Origin: Octopus vulgaris
Lineage: Eukaryota
Direction: 5' to 3'
Length of the DNA: 64,000 nt
NCBI GenBank assembly: GCA_951406725.2
Contig: OX597838.1
Span: 5,642,001-5,706,000 of the forward strand
This document shows, one piece after another, positions 28,570-43,022 of this stretch. A model generated the notes under the pieces. The model was not told where the DNA came from. It did no database searches and worked only from the letters and a program-made list of their open reading frames with translations. Both the position numbers and the translations under genes were made by a program. Numbering within the stretch: the first letter of the stretch is position 1; each line of letters opens with the position of its first letter.

Positions 28570-28960
28570 ACACCAAAAGAACTTTGAACACAACGAGAAG
28601 CGAAAACATAAAAACAAAATCGTAGAAAACGAACTTTATTTCGAATAACGAAAAAAACAGAGAAACGAGACATGCAGCATAAAGAATATTCCCCTTCATC
28701 AGTTGTCCCTGTTTCATCTTCTCCGCGTTAGGAAGGCAAGGACAATACGCGACTTCATTGAAACAGTTCTTCCCGCAAAGTAAATTAAATAAAATATGAG
28801 ATTTTTTGCGGAGGGTGAAAGAGGTAGCAAGAACAGGACAGTGAGAAAAACAGTAAACGCAAACGGTGTGGGCTGTTAAGCCGAGACGATAGAAAAATTA
28901 TTATGAACGCGGACGAGGAGGACGAGGTTATGAGAGGAGACAGGTATAAGCACGTGTTGT
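28570..28960 (-). mobile_element. Probable Penelope-like terminal-repeat fragment
   Basis: Purine-rich repeat-like block between microsatellites with CTGATGA on the minus strand. Family assignment by resemblance only. Confidence 0.3.
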
Positions 28961-28983
28961 CTTTATGTATGTATGTATGTATG

Positions 28984-29014
<31 letters not shown>

Positions 29015-29129
29015 GTTTATGTATGTGTGTGTATGTGTGTGTGTGTGTGTGTCCAATTTCGAATGTTTTTCAGCTATAGGGAGACATCATCAAATGTGGA
29101 CAGAAGCAGGTAGGTGATTAGTTCGCTCA

Positions 29130-29270
29130 CAGTACTCAATTGATACTTATGTATTTCGAACTCGAATCAAACGAAAAGTCTGTTCGGTGGAATCTAAAAT
29201 CAGAAGTCTAAGAATAATAATGAGAAATACTGCTAATGATTATTTCTCCGATGTTCTAATGATTCTTCTA
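29130..29270 (-). mobile_element. Very degenerate SINE A-like copy
   Basis: gatacttat...ttcggtggaatctaaaatcagaa...gaaatactgctaa echoes the reverse complement of SINE A. Confidence 0.4.
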
Positions 29271-29421
29271 GTTTTTGAAATGTTTGACTTGTGTGCAAAT
29301 TCTAAAAAAAGTGCAATGACGGTGTTTAAGGTGATTTTTGCACATTTTTAAATATGGTTCCGTAATCAATCTAATTTCAACATTGCTGATGAATGTTGAC
29401 ACACTCGAAACGGATAAGAAA

Positions 29422-29465
<44 letters not shown>

Positions 29466-30433
29466 GAGACAGACAGAGAGAGAGGGAGGGAGAGAGTAGG
29501 AGAGAGACAGGAAGATGACAGAAAAATAATCAGAGAGCGCGAGAGCGTAAGATATTAAGACAGAAAGCTGCTGTTTGAATGAATTATTTTGTTTGTTTGT
29601 TATTGTTTTGCCTTCATTTGTTCTGTTTTTATATTTACGAAATGGGAGCGTATATATATATATATAAGGGTGAATAAGATCCCGCAAGAGGAACGGTGGG
29701 GTGTGATGAAGAGATCGGGCTGTGTGGCAATATTGAACGGAAAACAATGTAAGGGAAATGGAAGGTAGATTGAGTAAAGAGTAAGTTGAGGAGAGAGAGA
29801 GAGAGAGAGAAATGTGTGAGTGTTGGAGTTCGGGGAATGGTGAAAGCGGTGTCGTTGGTGTTGTGCAATTTGTAGCTGTGGTGGTGTTGTTGTTGGTGGT
29901 GGTGGTGGAGACAGTAGTGTTGGTGGTGGTAGTGGTTTTGGTAATGATGGGGTTGGCGATCGTCGAGAGATTTCAAGAGAAAGGGATACCGTGATCGAAG
30001 CGGGAACCTAGATATGAAGGTGAGGATAGCGATAAACAGATAGGTAGATAGATAGATAGACATGGAGAGAGAGAGAGAGAAAGGGTGAGGTAGAAGATAT
30101 GCATGTGCTTGAGAAAGTGAGATAGATGCTGAGATAGAGCTAAAAGAGAGAAACATCGGGAGAAAAATTAAAATGCATAAAGTTATTCAGCGTGTGTATG
30201 TGTGTGTTCATGTTCAACAAACGCACACCCACACCCTCATCATTCTTTGCGGTTCTGTCTCTCAATCCCTTCTCTCTCTCTCTCGCTCTCTCTCTTTCTG
30301 ACTGTCTGTCTCTCACTCTCCCTCCTTCATTTCTTTCTAATTCAATCACACTTACTCCGCATCATACATTCACACATACCTATATATATGTATTTATGTA
30401 CGTATGTATTATGTATGTAAGTATGTGTGTATG

Positions 30434-30478
<45 letters not shown>

Positions 30479-30687
30479 CATATATACACATATACATAAA
30501 CACACATACATATACTACACAGCACATACATTTACATATACGCACACCTTTATAGATATATATGTATATATATATACAGATATATGTATATATATATATA
30601 TACAGATATATGTATATATATATATAAAGATATATATGTATATATATATATGCATATATATATGTATATATATATATATATATATAC

Positions 30688-30749
<62 letters not shown>

Positions 30750-31529
30750 TCATACATACACAGGCCACAACGTGTCTATACACTTCAATAAGCTATATGA
30801 ATAGTTGTAATTGCTTAAGTAGACATTTTATAATTCCGAACACGTTTAACTAATAGTAATTCTATTTTTTTTTCTATTTTGTTTTCTTCAATCGTTTATT
30901 TTATTTATTAATTATATTTTCAAAAGGAAATCATTTTAAAGAACCGTGTTGTACAGAGTTTTTTTTGCATATGAGTAATTGGTGAATTAACATTTTCCTT
31001 GAAAATCAAGTATTTGCTCTTAGTTTATTCTATCTCCGACTTATCGGGCCTCTGTGGGGGTGTAGAGGTAAACTTGTTACTGTGGTGACTTTATATATCG
31101 TGGTGTAATGAGACATGTGTTTCATTCGATTGTGTTCAAATCTCGACAAAGTTATTTAAATTTGACCTTTATATATGTATTCTGTAACCTTAAATGCAAC
31201 CATGGAATATACATCGACCCTTCATCCATCTTTGCCTTCACTTTTATTTTTTAACTTTTAAAATAAAATATGGTGCAAAAGAATATATTTCGTCACGGTT
31301 AGAAAGTCTTGCCCAGATATAGCGCTAAAAGTTAACACAACCAGACACGTTTGTCCTACAGTCGAACACGGTGAGTTACCCTGAAATAAATATACCGATA
31401 TCTATTGGACAAATAGATTCCTAAATAATTTGGAGCATGTAGATATATGTTTCAATTTCTCGAGTGTGATTCCCTGAAATGTCTTTTAAATTTGATCTTC
31501 ATTTACTTATTGGAAGTTATTTAGATAAA

Positions 31530-31815
31530 AACCTCCAATAAAAGACAGAGTTATCTTTGTACAGCTGTGATGCAGACAACAAATGTTGCCTGAAAAGTAT
31601 CGAATGTCACTGAGAAAGCAAGATATCGACTCCAACTCAAGAGGCAGGATGAATGCTGCAGCCAGGTCGAGCATTGAGAGTGGCAGAAACATCTGGCTCA
31701 GAGTCACAGCATCTGACTCAACAAAGCTCGTATTGTTGCGTGGAGGTTTTCTAGCTAAATTGGCAGGTGATCCCGGATAGTTCTGGTACCTTAATAGAAG
31801 AGGCCGAAACATCTA
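31530..31815 (+). mobile_element. Possible decayed RTE-type LINE C-terminal region
   Basis: A frame with stops reads RYRLQLKRQ...EWQKHLAQSHSI*LNK, resembling the RTE motif RYKDxLKR...WExLAxDRSxWR. Confidence 0.35.
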
Positions 31816-32920
31816 CAGTGTTGCGTCATATTCTAATGTGGCTTCGGCATTTACATTCGATAGATGAAGTATAGAACCCCATCAGCACGCAAGTGTTTCC
31901 CATAAATTTTAATAGCAGACTCACTTTCATATCACTAAACCACTTTATTCCTCTCACTCTCTTGTATATCATTGTACACTTTAAAAAAAAAGCAGAATCC
32001 ACATAGGTATGTTGATAAGAAAACGGTTCGAAGCGTTTTTTAATACATCAAATTCTCAAGCAATATATATCGGCACATTCAGAAATTAACAGTCTGCACG
32101 ATAATTCATTATTACCTTTATTTATTTATGACCAATTAATACCAAACTGCATTTTGTAGTTCAAGATATATTTTACTCAAGTGGGAAATCATTGGGCGTC
32201 GACACCCACTAATTGTATTTTTATCTTTTATATTAAAATATCCATTTAGAACTATTTTAGATTAAAGTGCTAGTTGATGCACCATTAATAAAATGTTGTA
32301 TAAACCATTATATAATAATGTAGGGGGGTTAGTCCGAGAGAAAGATCTCGAAGGGTTTAGTTGGTTAAAAATGAAGGGAGCTGCTCAGGATATTGATGTA
32401 TGTGAAGAGATGGTGCTTCCTGATTATTTAACCTACCAAGGGATAAATATCCTGAACTTCCTCAGCAAAAGAGAAAATATATTTTAATGATTTGTGTGAA
32501 ATACAGCCAAGTAAGAATGTTTCGAGAAAACCAGATCAGGCTGAGAACTGTGTTTTGTGATCCACAGTTGTTCTCATTAAGTTCCTTTTTTTTCAACCTA
32601 AAGTCTGTTTCAGGTGTTTCTAGGAGGCAGAATATTACAGCAAATGCTTTTCAACACTTGTGTACAACATCTTTTAGTTACACGTACACATAATTCATTA
32701 TCCCTTACGAGCCATCGAGCGAGTACGTTTACATGTGTCATTGATATCCTCTTTGCAACACTTGATTAACTATATTATTTTATTATTTTATACAAGACGA
32801 AATGTCATGGCTGTTGAAGAAATGTGTTCATCCTTGTTCCTTATAAGTTGAATAAAGTTAATTGGCTGATTTTTCAAGATTTCGAATGCTTCGTTCTTTA
32901 AAATAGTAGTGAAAAAAACC

Positions 32921-33178
32921 CCTTCCATCTGAGAAGGGTAAATTGCCCGCCAGTCCAGTACTTTCCTTTTGTTTGTGTTTAAGCATGTCCACCATCCATT
33001 TCCGGGTTGCCAGACCGGTTGCAACACTACCATATTGCACTTTTTGCAGGGATAATGAACAACAGCAACGTGAAGTAAAATGTTATGCTCAAGAGCGCAA
33101 TTCACCGCCTAGTCCAAGAATCGAACGTACAATATTACGATCAACAGTCCAACACTCTGACCAATAAGACACACGCCT
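32921..33178 (-). mobile_element. tRNA-derived SINE with CORE-like segment and a different 3' part
   Basis: Minus strand aggcgtgtgtcttattggtcagagtgttggac...gttcgattcttgg...ctcttgagcataacattttacttcacgttgctg. Confidence 0.55.
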
Positions 33179-34329
33179 TTCCCATCTTGGAAGGGTCATT
33201 CATATATTCTCTTCCTAACTCACATTCAAATATGTTGAATTTTCTCACAAAGTCAGTGATAAGTATGACATCATGGAAATGCATTTAGCAACTCTTTGTA
33301 GTTTCATATCAACTTCATTGCGACGCATTGGAAAATCTGTGAAAATCCTAAGTTTAATGAGCCAAGTAAAACCATTTATTTAGCGAAAACCATACTCCAT
33401 GTTCCTGATATCTAAAATTAGTTAGATTAGACTGAAATATTCAACACACCACTCTGTTACTTGACCGTGACACCTAATGTACATTATCGTACATTAGGAA
33501 TGTGATTCAAATTCACTTGAGCGTAAATAGTAAATTAAGGTCGCAGCTCTGCAAAACTCTGAATGTTTTCAAATTGACTACCTTTATCGAAAGTTTTATG
33601 ATATCATCGAACTCTTCAAAGCTTCCCTTTTCTACAAAGTACATCGGTTATATAATGAAACAGAAATAAACAAGAATATAACAAACGGTTTCTGAAAATT
33701 GCTTTATAAAACGAACATTTCAGCCTACAAAACAAAGAGTACCCTCAGTTATAACCGAAACTATTTTCTCAAATCTATTTCTCTTACAGGAAATGTTTCA
33801 ACCAAACAGAAAATAATATCATTTTCTGGAGTGTTTTGAGGATAATTTCTAATTTCATCAAAGATTTGCAAATAGAATCTTAGTGAAAATTTCAAGCGGA
33901 GGAAGTTGTTAAAATTTCAGGAAAAGAAGAAAGGGAAGGAAGCAACGTCTATGTGATGTTGTAGTTATTTGAACTTATTGCTAAAGGTGAAGGTCAACAT
34001 CTCCCATTGCAGTAACGAATAATAAAATTATTAATTTGACAAGATATTTTGCTAGCCGTATGTTTTGTAGGTTATACCAAATACACTTATAGGGTAATCT
34101 CTAGTGCGCTTTAGTGTACTAGTCGACTCTGTTTCCGCATTCTGTAGTCGTAACGAGGATCCAGATAATATTGGTTTCTCCGGAAAGTTCGTGCCGATTT
34201 ATAGTAGCTTAACTTTCGACTTATTTTAGAACATAGTTGAGTCTATAAAATAGGATTTCACTACACCGCCATTTAGAGCACAGTTTAAGCTATCTTTTCG
34301 TGGAAGAAAGTTTACGTTCTTATAACCAG

Positions 34330-34720
34330 TGTTAATTCTGTAACCCTTTAAAATTGAAGATAAGAAAGTTCATTTTCGGCACTTGATGCTTTGGGAACCA
34401 GACAAAATTTGCTGCAGCTCGACTGGGATGTGTTAACCCACCCTCCATATTCACCAGATATTGCTCCTTCGCATTTCCACTTATGATAGCGGATGATAGC
34501 AACAAAATACCCACACGACAGCACGAGTTTTGTTGAATCAGATGTTTTGACACTGGGTTACATATTTCTAACATCCTCTATCTGACTGATAATTTATTGC
34601 TAAAGCCTTGCACTTAATTCTCGATTTAACATCACGAATCGGTCTTTATGAGACTTTAAAAGAAATCATTTTGCTGCATAAAGCTAGCTCAGATGTCGGA
34701 AATACAATTCCTCACCTTCC
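34330..34720 (-). pseudogene. Possible P-element/THAP9-like transposase C-terminal remnant
   Basis: Minus strand YLVNMEGGLTHPSRAAANFV resembles the RGGLxxPS motif. Upstream KMISFK/SLIKTD requires a frameshift. Confidence 0.35.
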
Positions 34721-35264
34721 TATATTACCTTCTACAATTTTAACATAGAATTCAATTATTGCGCTACTTTGTAAATCCCATCAAAGGTAATAGCGCCACC
34801 TATAAGCTTTTCAATAAGATTTATTGCTTTTTAAATATTGCCTCCCAAATTGTCATAAAGTAATACAATTTCTTTCATGAAATGTGTTGTTCAGGACAAC
34901 ACTTTCCGATAAAAGAACGGAAGGTTAATTTAATTCAAGTACTTGCCTGGTGCTATATTTTATCTAGCTCGTCAATGTGAACGGTTAAGTTGAGATTCGG
35001 CTAGATTCGGTTATCACTGCGCCATTTACCTTGTTTTCTTTTTACTTTTAGCCTATGCAGTAGAATTCAAGATCTCGTAGATACTGATAGTACAATTCTA
35101 GAAATTACTCAGCTCAAATATAGCAGAAACATGTACAATAACGAAGACCCTAAGGCATCGTAGGTTTTGAGAATATTTTCCTTACTTTAACAATTAAATA
35201 AAATAAAATAGGTGAAAACCAGCAGCGACTATTTACCTTTAATATTTCAGCTTTTAAATTATGT

Positions 35265-35460
35265 GAGCCATTGGATTGCGCCCTTAAAGAATCACTGCTT
35301 TGAAGGAAAGATTAGTCGAATGAATAAACCAATGTAATTAGTTTTGTAAGCAACGGTACTTATGCTATCACTCTGTTTTGCTGGACCGCAATTTTACGGG
35401 ATTTAATCAAGCGTAGGATGGGCAAAATTCGAGGCAAAAAGACACACATACATAAATATA
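35265..35460 (-). mobile_element. Degenerate SINE B 3' half
   Basis: cactgctttgaagg...ttagtcgaa...ggtacttatgctatcactctgttttgctggaccgc. Confidence 0.5.
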
Positions 35461-35489
35461 CACGTGTCTTTTAAGTTGTTTATCTTTCA

Positions 35490-36225
35490 ATTTTTTCTGT
35501 TATTAGATATCGGTCATACTGCAGAACTGCTTTCACAGATTTTAGTCGAACGGATTGACCTAACATCAAATTTATTAAGCCTGGTGTATATTCTATCGAT
35601 TTCTCTTTTGCTGAACAGGGAAGAACTCCGTCGGTTACGACGACGAGGGTTCCGGTTGATCCGATCAACGGAACAGCCTCCTCATGAAATTAACGTGTAA
35701 GTGGCTGAGCACTCCACAGTCACGTGCACCCTTAACGTAGTTCTCGGGGATATTCAGCGTGACATAGAGATTGATAAGGCCGGCCCTTTGAAATACAGGT
35801 ACAACAGAAACAGGAAGTAAGAGTGAAAGAAAGTTGTGGTGAAAGAGTACAGCAGGGATCGCCACCTCCCCCTGCCGGAGTCTCGTGGAGCTTTAGGTGT
35901 TTTCGCTCAATAAACACTCACAACGCCCGGTCTGGGAATCGAAACAGCGATCCTACGACCGCGAGTCCGCTACTCTAACCACTGGGCCATTGCGCCTCCA
36001 CAACATAAACGCAGCAACTCCGATTGTAAAACAGTGTTGGGGTGGTGCAAAAGTAAACTCACACACATAATTATATACGAAATATTTATTTCTGTTTCCG
36101 TCTACCAAATTCACTCACCACGCTCCGGTCGGCCTGGAGTTATAGCAGAAGACACTGGCCTAATCTGCCGAACATTGGGACTGAACTCAAAGCCAGGTGA
36201 GTGTGATGCAAACTTCTTACCACAC
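35490..36225 (-). mobile_element. Old SINE B interrupted by SINE C
   Basis: Tail part at 35490-35622 (ttagtcgaa...ctcttttgctgaac) and head part at 36001-36225 (tttccgtctaccaaattcactcac...ggactgaactc). Confidence 0.6.
35625..36000 (-). mobile_element. SINE family C, full-length (tRNA-derived)
   Basis: Minus strand tggaggcgcaatggcccagtggttagagtagcggactcgcggtcgtaggatcgctgtttcgattcccag (A and B boxes) ... 3' end ccctcgtcgtcgtaaccgacggagt. Confidence 0.9.
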
Positions 36226-36271
36226 CTGGAAAATATAAAATATACACACCTGAAAATACTGAATTGTTGTA

Positions 36272-36642
36272 TTACTCTTTATTCTTTACTCTTTTACTTG
36301 TTTCAGTCATTTGACTGCGGCCATGCTGGAGCACCGCCTTTAGTCGAGCAAATCGACCCCGGTACTTATTCTTTGTAAGCCCAGTACTTATGTTATCGGT
36401 CTCTTTTGCCGAACCGCTAAGTGACGGGGACGTAAACACACCAGCATCGGCTGTCAAGTAATGCCAAGGAGACAAACACAGACACACAAACATATACACA
36501 CACATACATACATATATATATCGGAGACCCCCTTCGGTCACGACAGAGATCATGGGATTGCACCTAGAAAGTTACCCTCCTAGACACAAGTCCGAGCGAG
36601 GTGGTTTATGGAAGACCAGCAGTCGCCCATGCATACCAGCCT

Positions 36643-36728
<86 letters not shown>

Positions 36729-36885
36729 TACGACAGGCTTCTTTCAGTTTCCGTCTACCAAATCCACTCACAAGGCATTGGTCGGCCCGGGGCTATAGCA
36801 GAAGATACTTTCCCAAGATGCCACGCAGTGGGACTGAACCCGGAACCATGTGGTTGGTAAACAAGCTACTTACTACACAGCCACT
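36272..36885 (-). mobile_element. SINE family B, near full length, with an insertion in its internal microsatellite
   Basis: Both halves are near-identical to 43023-43440. Confidence 0.9.
36522..36650. mobile_element. Short repeat inserted in the (TA)n spacer of SINE B (possible RTE-related 3' end)
   Basis: cggagacccccttcggtca...cctagaaagttaccctcc...gcataccagcctccccc is absent from the 43023-43440 copy. A related degenerate copy lies at 41174-41262. Confidence 0.6.
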
Positions 36886-37940
36886 AGGCATGTTTTTTTT
36901 TTTTGGTGTTTTAAAGAAACAATATATTTCAATATTATAGATGTTTTAAAGCTTCTATATGATACCTTATAATTTTTTAGTAGAATAAATTTTCTAGTTT
37001 CCATTTCTAGAAATTCATCCATCCAAAGAGTTAACGCCAGATTCTTACTTCTTCCTCAGAAAAAAAAAAAAAAAAGGTTAGAACGGTTGTGTCTTATCAA
37101 AAATAGAAAACGAATATTTTAAGTTAAAATGAATGGAAATATTGAATGTAAAATTACAAATAACACAGAAATACAGATGTTTTTTTCTTTAATATGTAAA
37201 ACTAAACAATAATTCATTTCAAGATGGCAAAAAAAAAAACAGTGAATTTGAGGGGAGGGGAGCAACTGGATTTCATCATCACCAGCGCTCAAACGTTATT
37301 CATTTTACCAATCCCAAAGGGTGAAAGGGAGCTGAACGAACTCTCTGGACTTATAATGAGCCGCAGATGACTTATATTCTATGTTAGTGTGAATAATGGT
37401 CATCTTGGAATAGCCTACAGATCGGATAAAGGCAAGGTTTGACGTTTCTTGGGACTTGTTCTCTATGACACATTGAATCAACGCTACAACGATTGATATG
37501 GTGTCTCTCCAATGTTCATGGTTATATTGCACCCTCCACCAAAAGAAAAAAAACACGGATGTCAATGCTGATATCAATGAATTTCTTTTTCTTTATCAAA
37601 ACAAACAAGATAGCAGTGCGCACATCCATACTTTGTTTAAGTCACTCAAATGGCGGCATATTGGAGCACATTCTTCTTTTCAGATAATTCGAGTGATATT
37701 TACGCACTTAATTCCATACAGAAATGGCATAAATGGCGGGACGCTGCAAGTGGTGATGGTGGTGGTGCGGGTAATTCTAGGCGCAAGTAGAAATCGAAGG
37801 GAAGATAAATAACAAAAGAGATTTTTGTTCAAACTAAAGATTTGAGTATTCCATATCAGTTTTCCATCACTAGATGGCTATCTCTATATCTCTCATTTTC
37901 TCTCTCGCTCTGTATCTATAGGTCACTCTACATATTGATG

Positions 37941-38024
<84 letters not shown>

Positions 38025-38029
38025 CATCC

Positions 38030-38094
<65 letters not shown>

Positions 38095-38097
38095 GCC

Positions 38098-38135
<38 letters not shown>

Positions 38136-38215
38136 TTATCTATCTATCTATGTATATCTACCTATCCATCCATCCGTCCATCTATCCATCCATCTAGCTA
38201 TCTATCCATCTATCT
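37941..38215. repeat. (TATC)n microsatellite
   Basis: Directly visible. Confidence 0.95.
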
Positions 38216-38775
38216 GTCTGTCTTTCTGTTCTCTACGATGCATATGTCTACCAGTCTGTCTCTTTATCAAACTATGCATTCAAATGCGGGTATGGTGTGT
38301 TTGAGTGTATACTTGCGTATGTACACCATTCTGTGGCGGTGTTTTTGTGTAGTGTGTATGTACGTGCAAACTTTTGTGTACGTGTGTCAGTATGAGTTTA
38401 TAAATGTCCAGAGTAAAACTATCCATAACACCGACATTCAATAACAGCGGCGTTCATTTCGGATAATGTTCAACGGAACGAAGCTAATATTCTAACAGAA
38501 GGCAATATACATTACTTTACCATTATGATGGTTCTCTTGAAAGAATCAGAATTTTCAGACAATTCCTTCTCTAGCACTTAACGTCAGCACACTCATATAT
38601 ACATTCTCTCTGACTAATGCGATCAAATGTTAGGGAAGATGAAAGCACGAACAGCTCAACAAGAAAATGTTATTTTATACTCTCCATTCGTATAGGGGAT
38701 TCAAACGCACACAGACACACAAATATATATATGTATGTTTGTGTGTGTATATATATATATGTATATATATATATG

Positions 38776-38850
<75 letters not shown>

Positions 38851-39020
38851 GTATATATATATATGCATGTGTCTATATAAGATACTTGTTTGTGTATAAT
38901 ATATAAATAGAAGTACGAATAAACCATGTCTCGAGTTAAAAGTACCATAAATAATAATATCGATACTAATGCTGATGATGATTATAATAATATTAATAAG
39001 AATGGTAATAATGATAATAA

Positions 39021-39084
<64 letters not shown>

Positions 39085-40138
39085 GTTGGAAACTAAAATT
39101 TCTTCTCTACAGCAAAAAGAAAAAAAAAGATGGAAAAGAAGCAAATATTCCCATTAACTTAAACGAATCAGTAAACAAAATCTGCAATTGCGAATGAAAT
39201 ACATTACAGTATCCAAATATAGCAGAAGCGAACATTTAATATCAATGGATATTTTTCCTCATCTTCATTCCGATGTGTCAATATCGTTTTAAATTTATCA
39301 CTTAGCTTCAAGACATTTTTGATCTTTCTCAATTCAGGATTTCTCTAAAGGAGAAACCTATTCAATTGACGAAAGCTGTCAAAGGTAAACATATCACCGC
39401 ATTCCTAGTTTCACTTTCACTTTCGATGCTATAGCTAAAGCTGATGGTATTAGCTATATGAATCGCTTTCTCGATTGAATATCGATTACATGCCATACAT
39501 GGTTGCTTTCTTCGTCTACTTAACAGCAAAGCTTTCATTTGTCTCCTCTCTATTTATCACTTTCTTCGATTTCTACCAAACTCTCCCTCCCTCTTAGGTT
39601 TCATTTCCACTTTCCCTACCTCTATATTTACATCTCAATAATTTCACAACTCACCTCCATCCTTTTTCTCGTTCTCTCACTTTACAATGTTTCTTGTTTC
39701 CAGTACTTTACCGATGTTTGCTGTTGATATACTTAATATAATAATGAGAACGGCAGATGGCGAGGTCGATAATGTCTGTCTGATTTGGAGATGATAGCAA
39801 GATTGATACTTCATATCCTGTCATCGAGACTAAGCAATCATACACACATAAATACAAAAACAAACAGGCACAGACACAAATTCACGCACAAAGAGATACA
39901 CACACACATACATATATACACATTGACATATACATATGTATGCACATATATGTGTGTGACTTTGTGTGTGTGTTTATTTGTGTGTGTGTTTATATTAGTG
40001 TATGTATATATATATATATGTATGTATGTGTGTGTGTCTGTGTACATATATGTATGCATATATATACACTTATTTATATACATATATACATAAAGACACA
40101 CAAACACACATACAAACACACACAAACGCATATATGTA

Positions 40139-40930
40139 ATAAAGGGTTGACTGAAAAGTTCAGAAGATGACTTCGATGGAGTGACGCTAGAGCTGTGAAA
40201 TCCTGCATGCATTAATTTCAATTCTTCTTTCTATCAACTGTATTGTTCCTTACCAGGTGAAGTGACAGCTCATGGTTTTAAAAGGCTTCGAAATTAATTA
40301 GGGGGTACAAAATCGATAAAATATGGCATCGTGGTGTTGTTATCTGTATTCAGAAAAAGGGTGTGGGGCCCCAAGGTTATTCACATTGACATGGTTGCTA
40401 TCCTCAGTGGATGATATACCAGCTTGCTCCATTTTTATCAGAAGTGCTAAGTGGGAAGCTGTATTTGAAAGAAAGCGGAAGGACCTTGACTTTGTCTCAT
40501 AGTCCGGACGTCCGGCATTTTACACCACCGAAGGAAATATTAATCATATTCCGCATATGAGATACATGACAGGCGGTTTATTATAAATTAAATGGACAAT
40601 GTTAATAGCATATTCCGTGAGAGAATCGAGAATAGTCTGCACAATAAAATTGGCATGACGAAAGTTTCAACTTGGTAAGTTCCGCGTGTTCCGGTGACTG
40701 ATCAATGATCAAAAGCTCACCAGTCTGATCGCTTCATGGGAAACTATGATATATTTTGAAACAGACACAGTTGGCTTCCTTGAACATTTTCTAGGATGTG
40801 ATTATTTGGGTTCACAAATTTTAGCTAGAGACAAAGAGACATCCTTCCCCAAAAATGTCCAAAGCCGTGTCCTGTGTAAGGGTGAAGAAAGCTTCTGTCA
40901 TTTGGGAAGAAATATCTGGACTTAAAAAAG
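40139..40930 (+). pseudogene. Decayed mariner transposon (5' TIR and N-terminal transposase)
   Basis: TIR-like aaagggttgactgaaaagttc. Peptides IDKIWHRGV, QKKG, SGRPA..TTEGNI, GMTKVSTW*VPR (WVPxxL motif), WVH. Multiple stops and frameshifts. Confidence 0.8.
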
Positions 40931-41173
40931 CATATACTGGTTCACAAACATGTAAGAACTATCTTGAATAACATATGTTATTAGACCCTATCAATCGGTA
41001 GCTGTTCTTAACATTCATATGAGGACTCATCAACGAAGAGAGTATGGTGTGTGACTGTTGAGAGGTGTGTAATGACGGGATGGCTATCATCTGTCAAGAT
41101 GAGGCAATAACCATATTGTATACACACACACACACACTCACACAAACATACACACACACACACATATATGCAT

Positions 41174-41262
41174 GAAAACCTCTTTCGGTCAGGAATAACA
41201 ATGATATTACCCCTGGAATGTACCCTTCCAAGACACAAATCCGAGCATACTGCCTCCCCTTT
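41174..41262. mobile_element. Degenerate, internally deleted relative of the 36522-36650 repeat
   Basis: ctttcggtcag...agacacaaatccgagcatactgcctcccc. Confidence 0.5.
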
Positions 41263-41317
41263 TCCATATATATATATATATAGAGAGAGAGAGAGCGAGA
41301 GATAGAGAGAGAGAGAC

Positions 41318-41376
<59 letters not shown>

Positions 41377-41401
41377 CAGATAGATAGATAGATAGATAGA
41401 C

Positions 41402-41462
<61 letters not shown>

Positions 41463-41463
41463 C

Positions 41464-41511
<48 letters not shown>

Positions 41512-41520
41512 TGCTAGATA
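41318..41520. repeat. (GATA)n microsatellite
   Basis: Directly visible. Confidence 0.95.
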
Positions 41521-41902
41521 GATTGAGAGAGAGATAGGCCTTTTACCTGACATATATGCATTATGTCTCTTAACATTGATGCTCATCCATATCTTAATGA
41601 TGCTCAGACATGAAATCGAACCCAGATACAGAAACAAAGAACATTGAAAACTTTATAATTTTTTCAGTAGATGTTTATATGATAATTCTTTTGCGGTTAT
41701 CTTCCTCTAGCGCCACGTGGACGCTGAAATCAATGCTCTAAAGCATCTTCCCTAGTTTTCCAAACAAACTCAGAGCGTACAAGTTCCAGTGCTATTAGTT
41801 TAGATATAGTCTGGACCAATGGCCAATGCAGGTCGAAATTTACATATGTATGTAAGCATCTAAGTATATCAACCCTTCAGTATGTACGTGAAACCTGGAC
41901 TA

Positions 41903-42218
41903 AGAGCATGGCTTAGTGGTCAAGGTAGTTGGATCTCGATCGTAACGGCGTGAGTTCAATTCCCGAGGACGTGTTGTGCCCTTGAGCAAAACTATTTATC
42001 TCATATTGTTCGGGTCCACTCCGCTCAGAAAAATGAGAAGTATCTGTATCTGAAAGGGCTAGCCTTGTCGTAGTCTGTGTCACACTGAATATCCTTGAGA
42101 TCTATGTTAAGAGTGTACGTCTCTCTAGAATGAGCAACCACTTGCATGTTAATTTCATGAGCAGGATGTTCTGTTGATCGGATCAACTGGCACCCACGTC
42201 GTCGCAACCGATGGAATG
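41903..42218 (+). mobile_element. SINE family C, older subfamily with CORE-like segment
   Basis: atggcttagtggtcaagg...gagttcaattccc...ttgtgcccttgagcaaaac...gttgatcggatcaactggcacccacgtcgtcgcaaccgatgga. Confidence 0.8.
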
Positions 42219-42702
42219 GCAGTTTTATATAAAACAAAGAATACAGGCGGGAAGTATCCGAATACGCTGATGATAGACTCCACTCATTGCGCAATTAAGA
42301 AACGAAAGATTGCATGTTACTGTCAAGTACAAAGCTACCACTCGCTATCCAAAATGATTGCTCACAACACAGTTGAAGGGAGGGGTGACCGATAGGAAGA
42401 TACAGGACTAAATATCAAGTGAAGTTAACTCGTTCATCTGTTCTCGTCTGTTTATTAGTACCCATGTCATGCTGTTTACAAGATATGAATACTTCATAAG
42501 ACAGAAGCATCCAGAAAATTTTAAAATAGGATATTTGAGGGGAGTTAGGGCTTCGAACGAACAAAAAACAACGCAGTGGACGTACAGAATAAACAACCAA
42601 CGAAGACTGTGACGTAAGGTCATATATACATGCATACACACACACACACATATATAAATATACACATCTTTAATAATAATAATACAATTAATAATAATAA
42701 TT

Positions 42703-42733
<31 letters not shown>

Positions 42734-42806
42734 TAATAATAATAATTATAATAATAGTATTAAAAATGGCAATAATCGTATTATGTGTTTGTTCACAAAC
42801 ATATTG

Positions 42807-42839
<33 letters not shown>

Positions 42840-43022
42840 TGTGTGTGTGTATACACGAGTGGGTGAACAAACCTTTAGTCTGGAGCCAAACTGACAATAT
42901 TAGACGGAACATTGGAGTCCTTGGAGCCAAAGCACACTGTGATTAAATAATATGAGTGTGTGATTGTGTGTGTGTTCATCCGTGTATATATATATATATA
43001 TATATAATGTATGTACATATTC

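Noticed and set aside
28640-28760. CTGATGA on the minus strand as a hammerhead core
   Set aside because: No convincing stem II-GAAA-stem III-UH arrangement in this copy.
29380-29420. ctgatgaatgttgacacactcgaaacgga as a hammerhead
   Set aside because: Stem II would need the core G8/A9 bases, and there is no UH site or stem I pairing.
31507-31812. Overlapping 101-aa (-) and 65-aa (+) ORFs as a host exon
   Set aside because: No recognisable domain; a different, stop-containing frame resembles a decayed RTE LINE.
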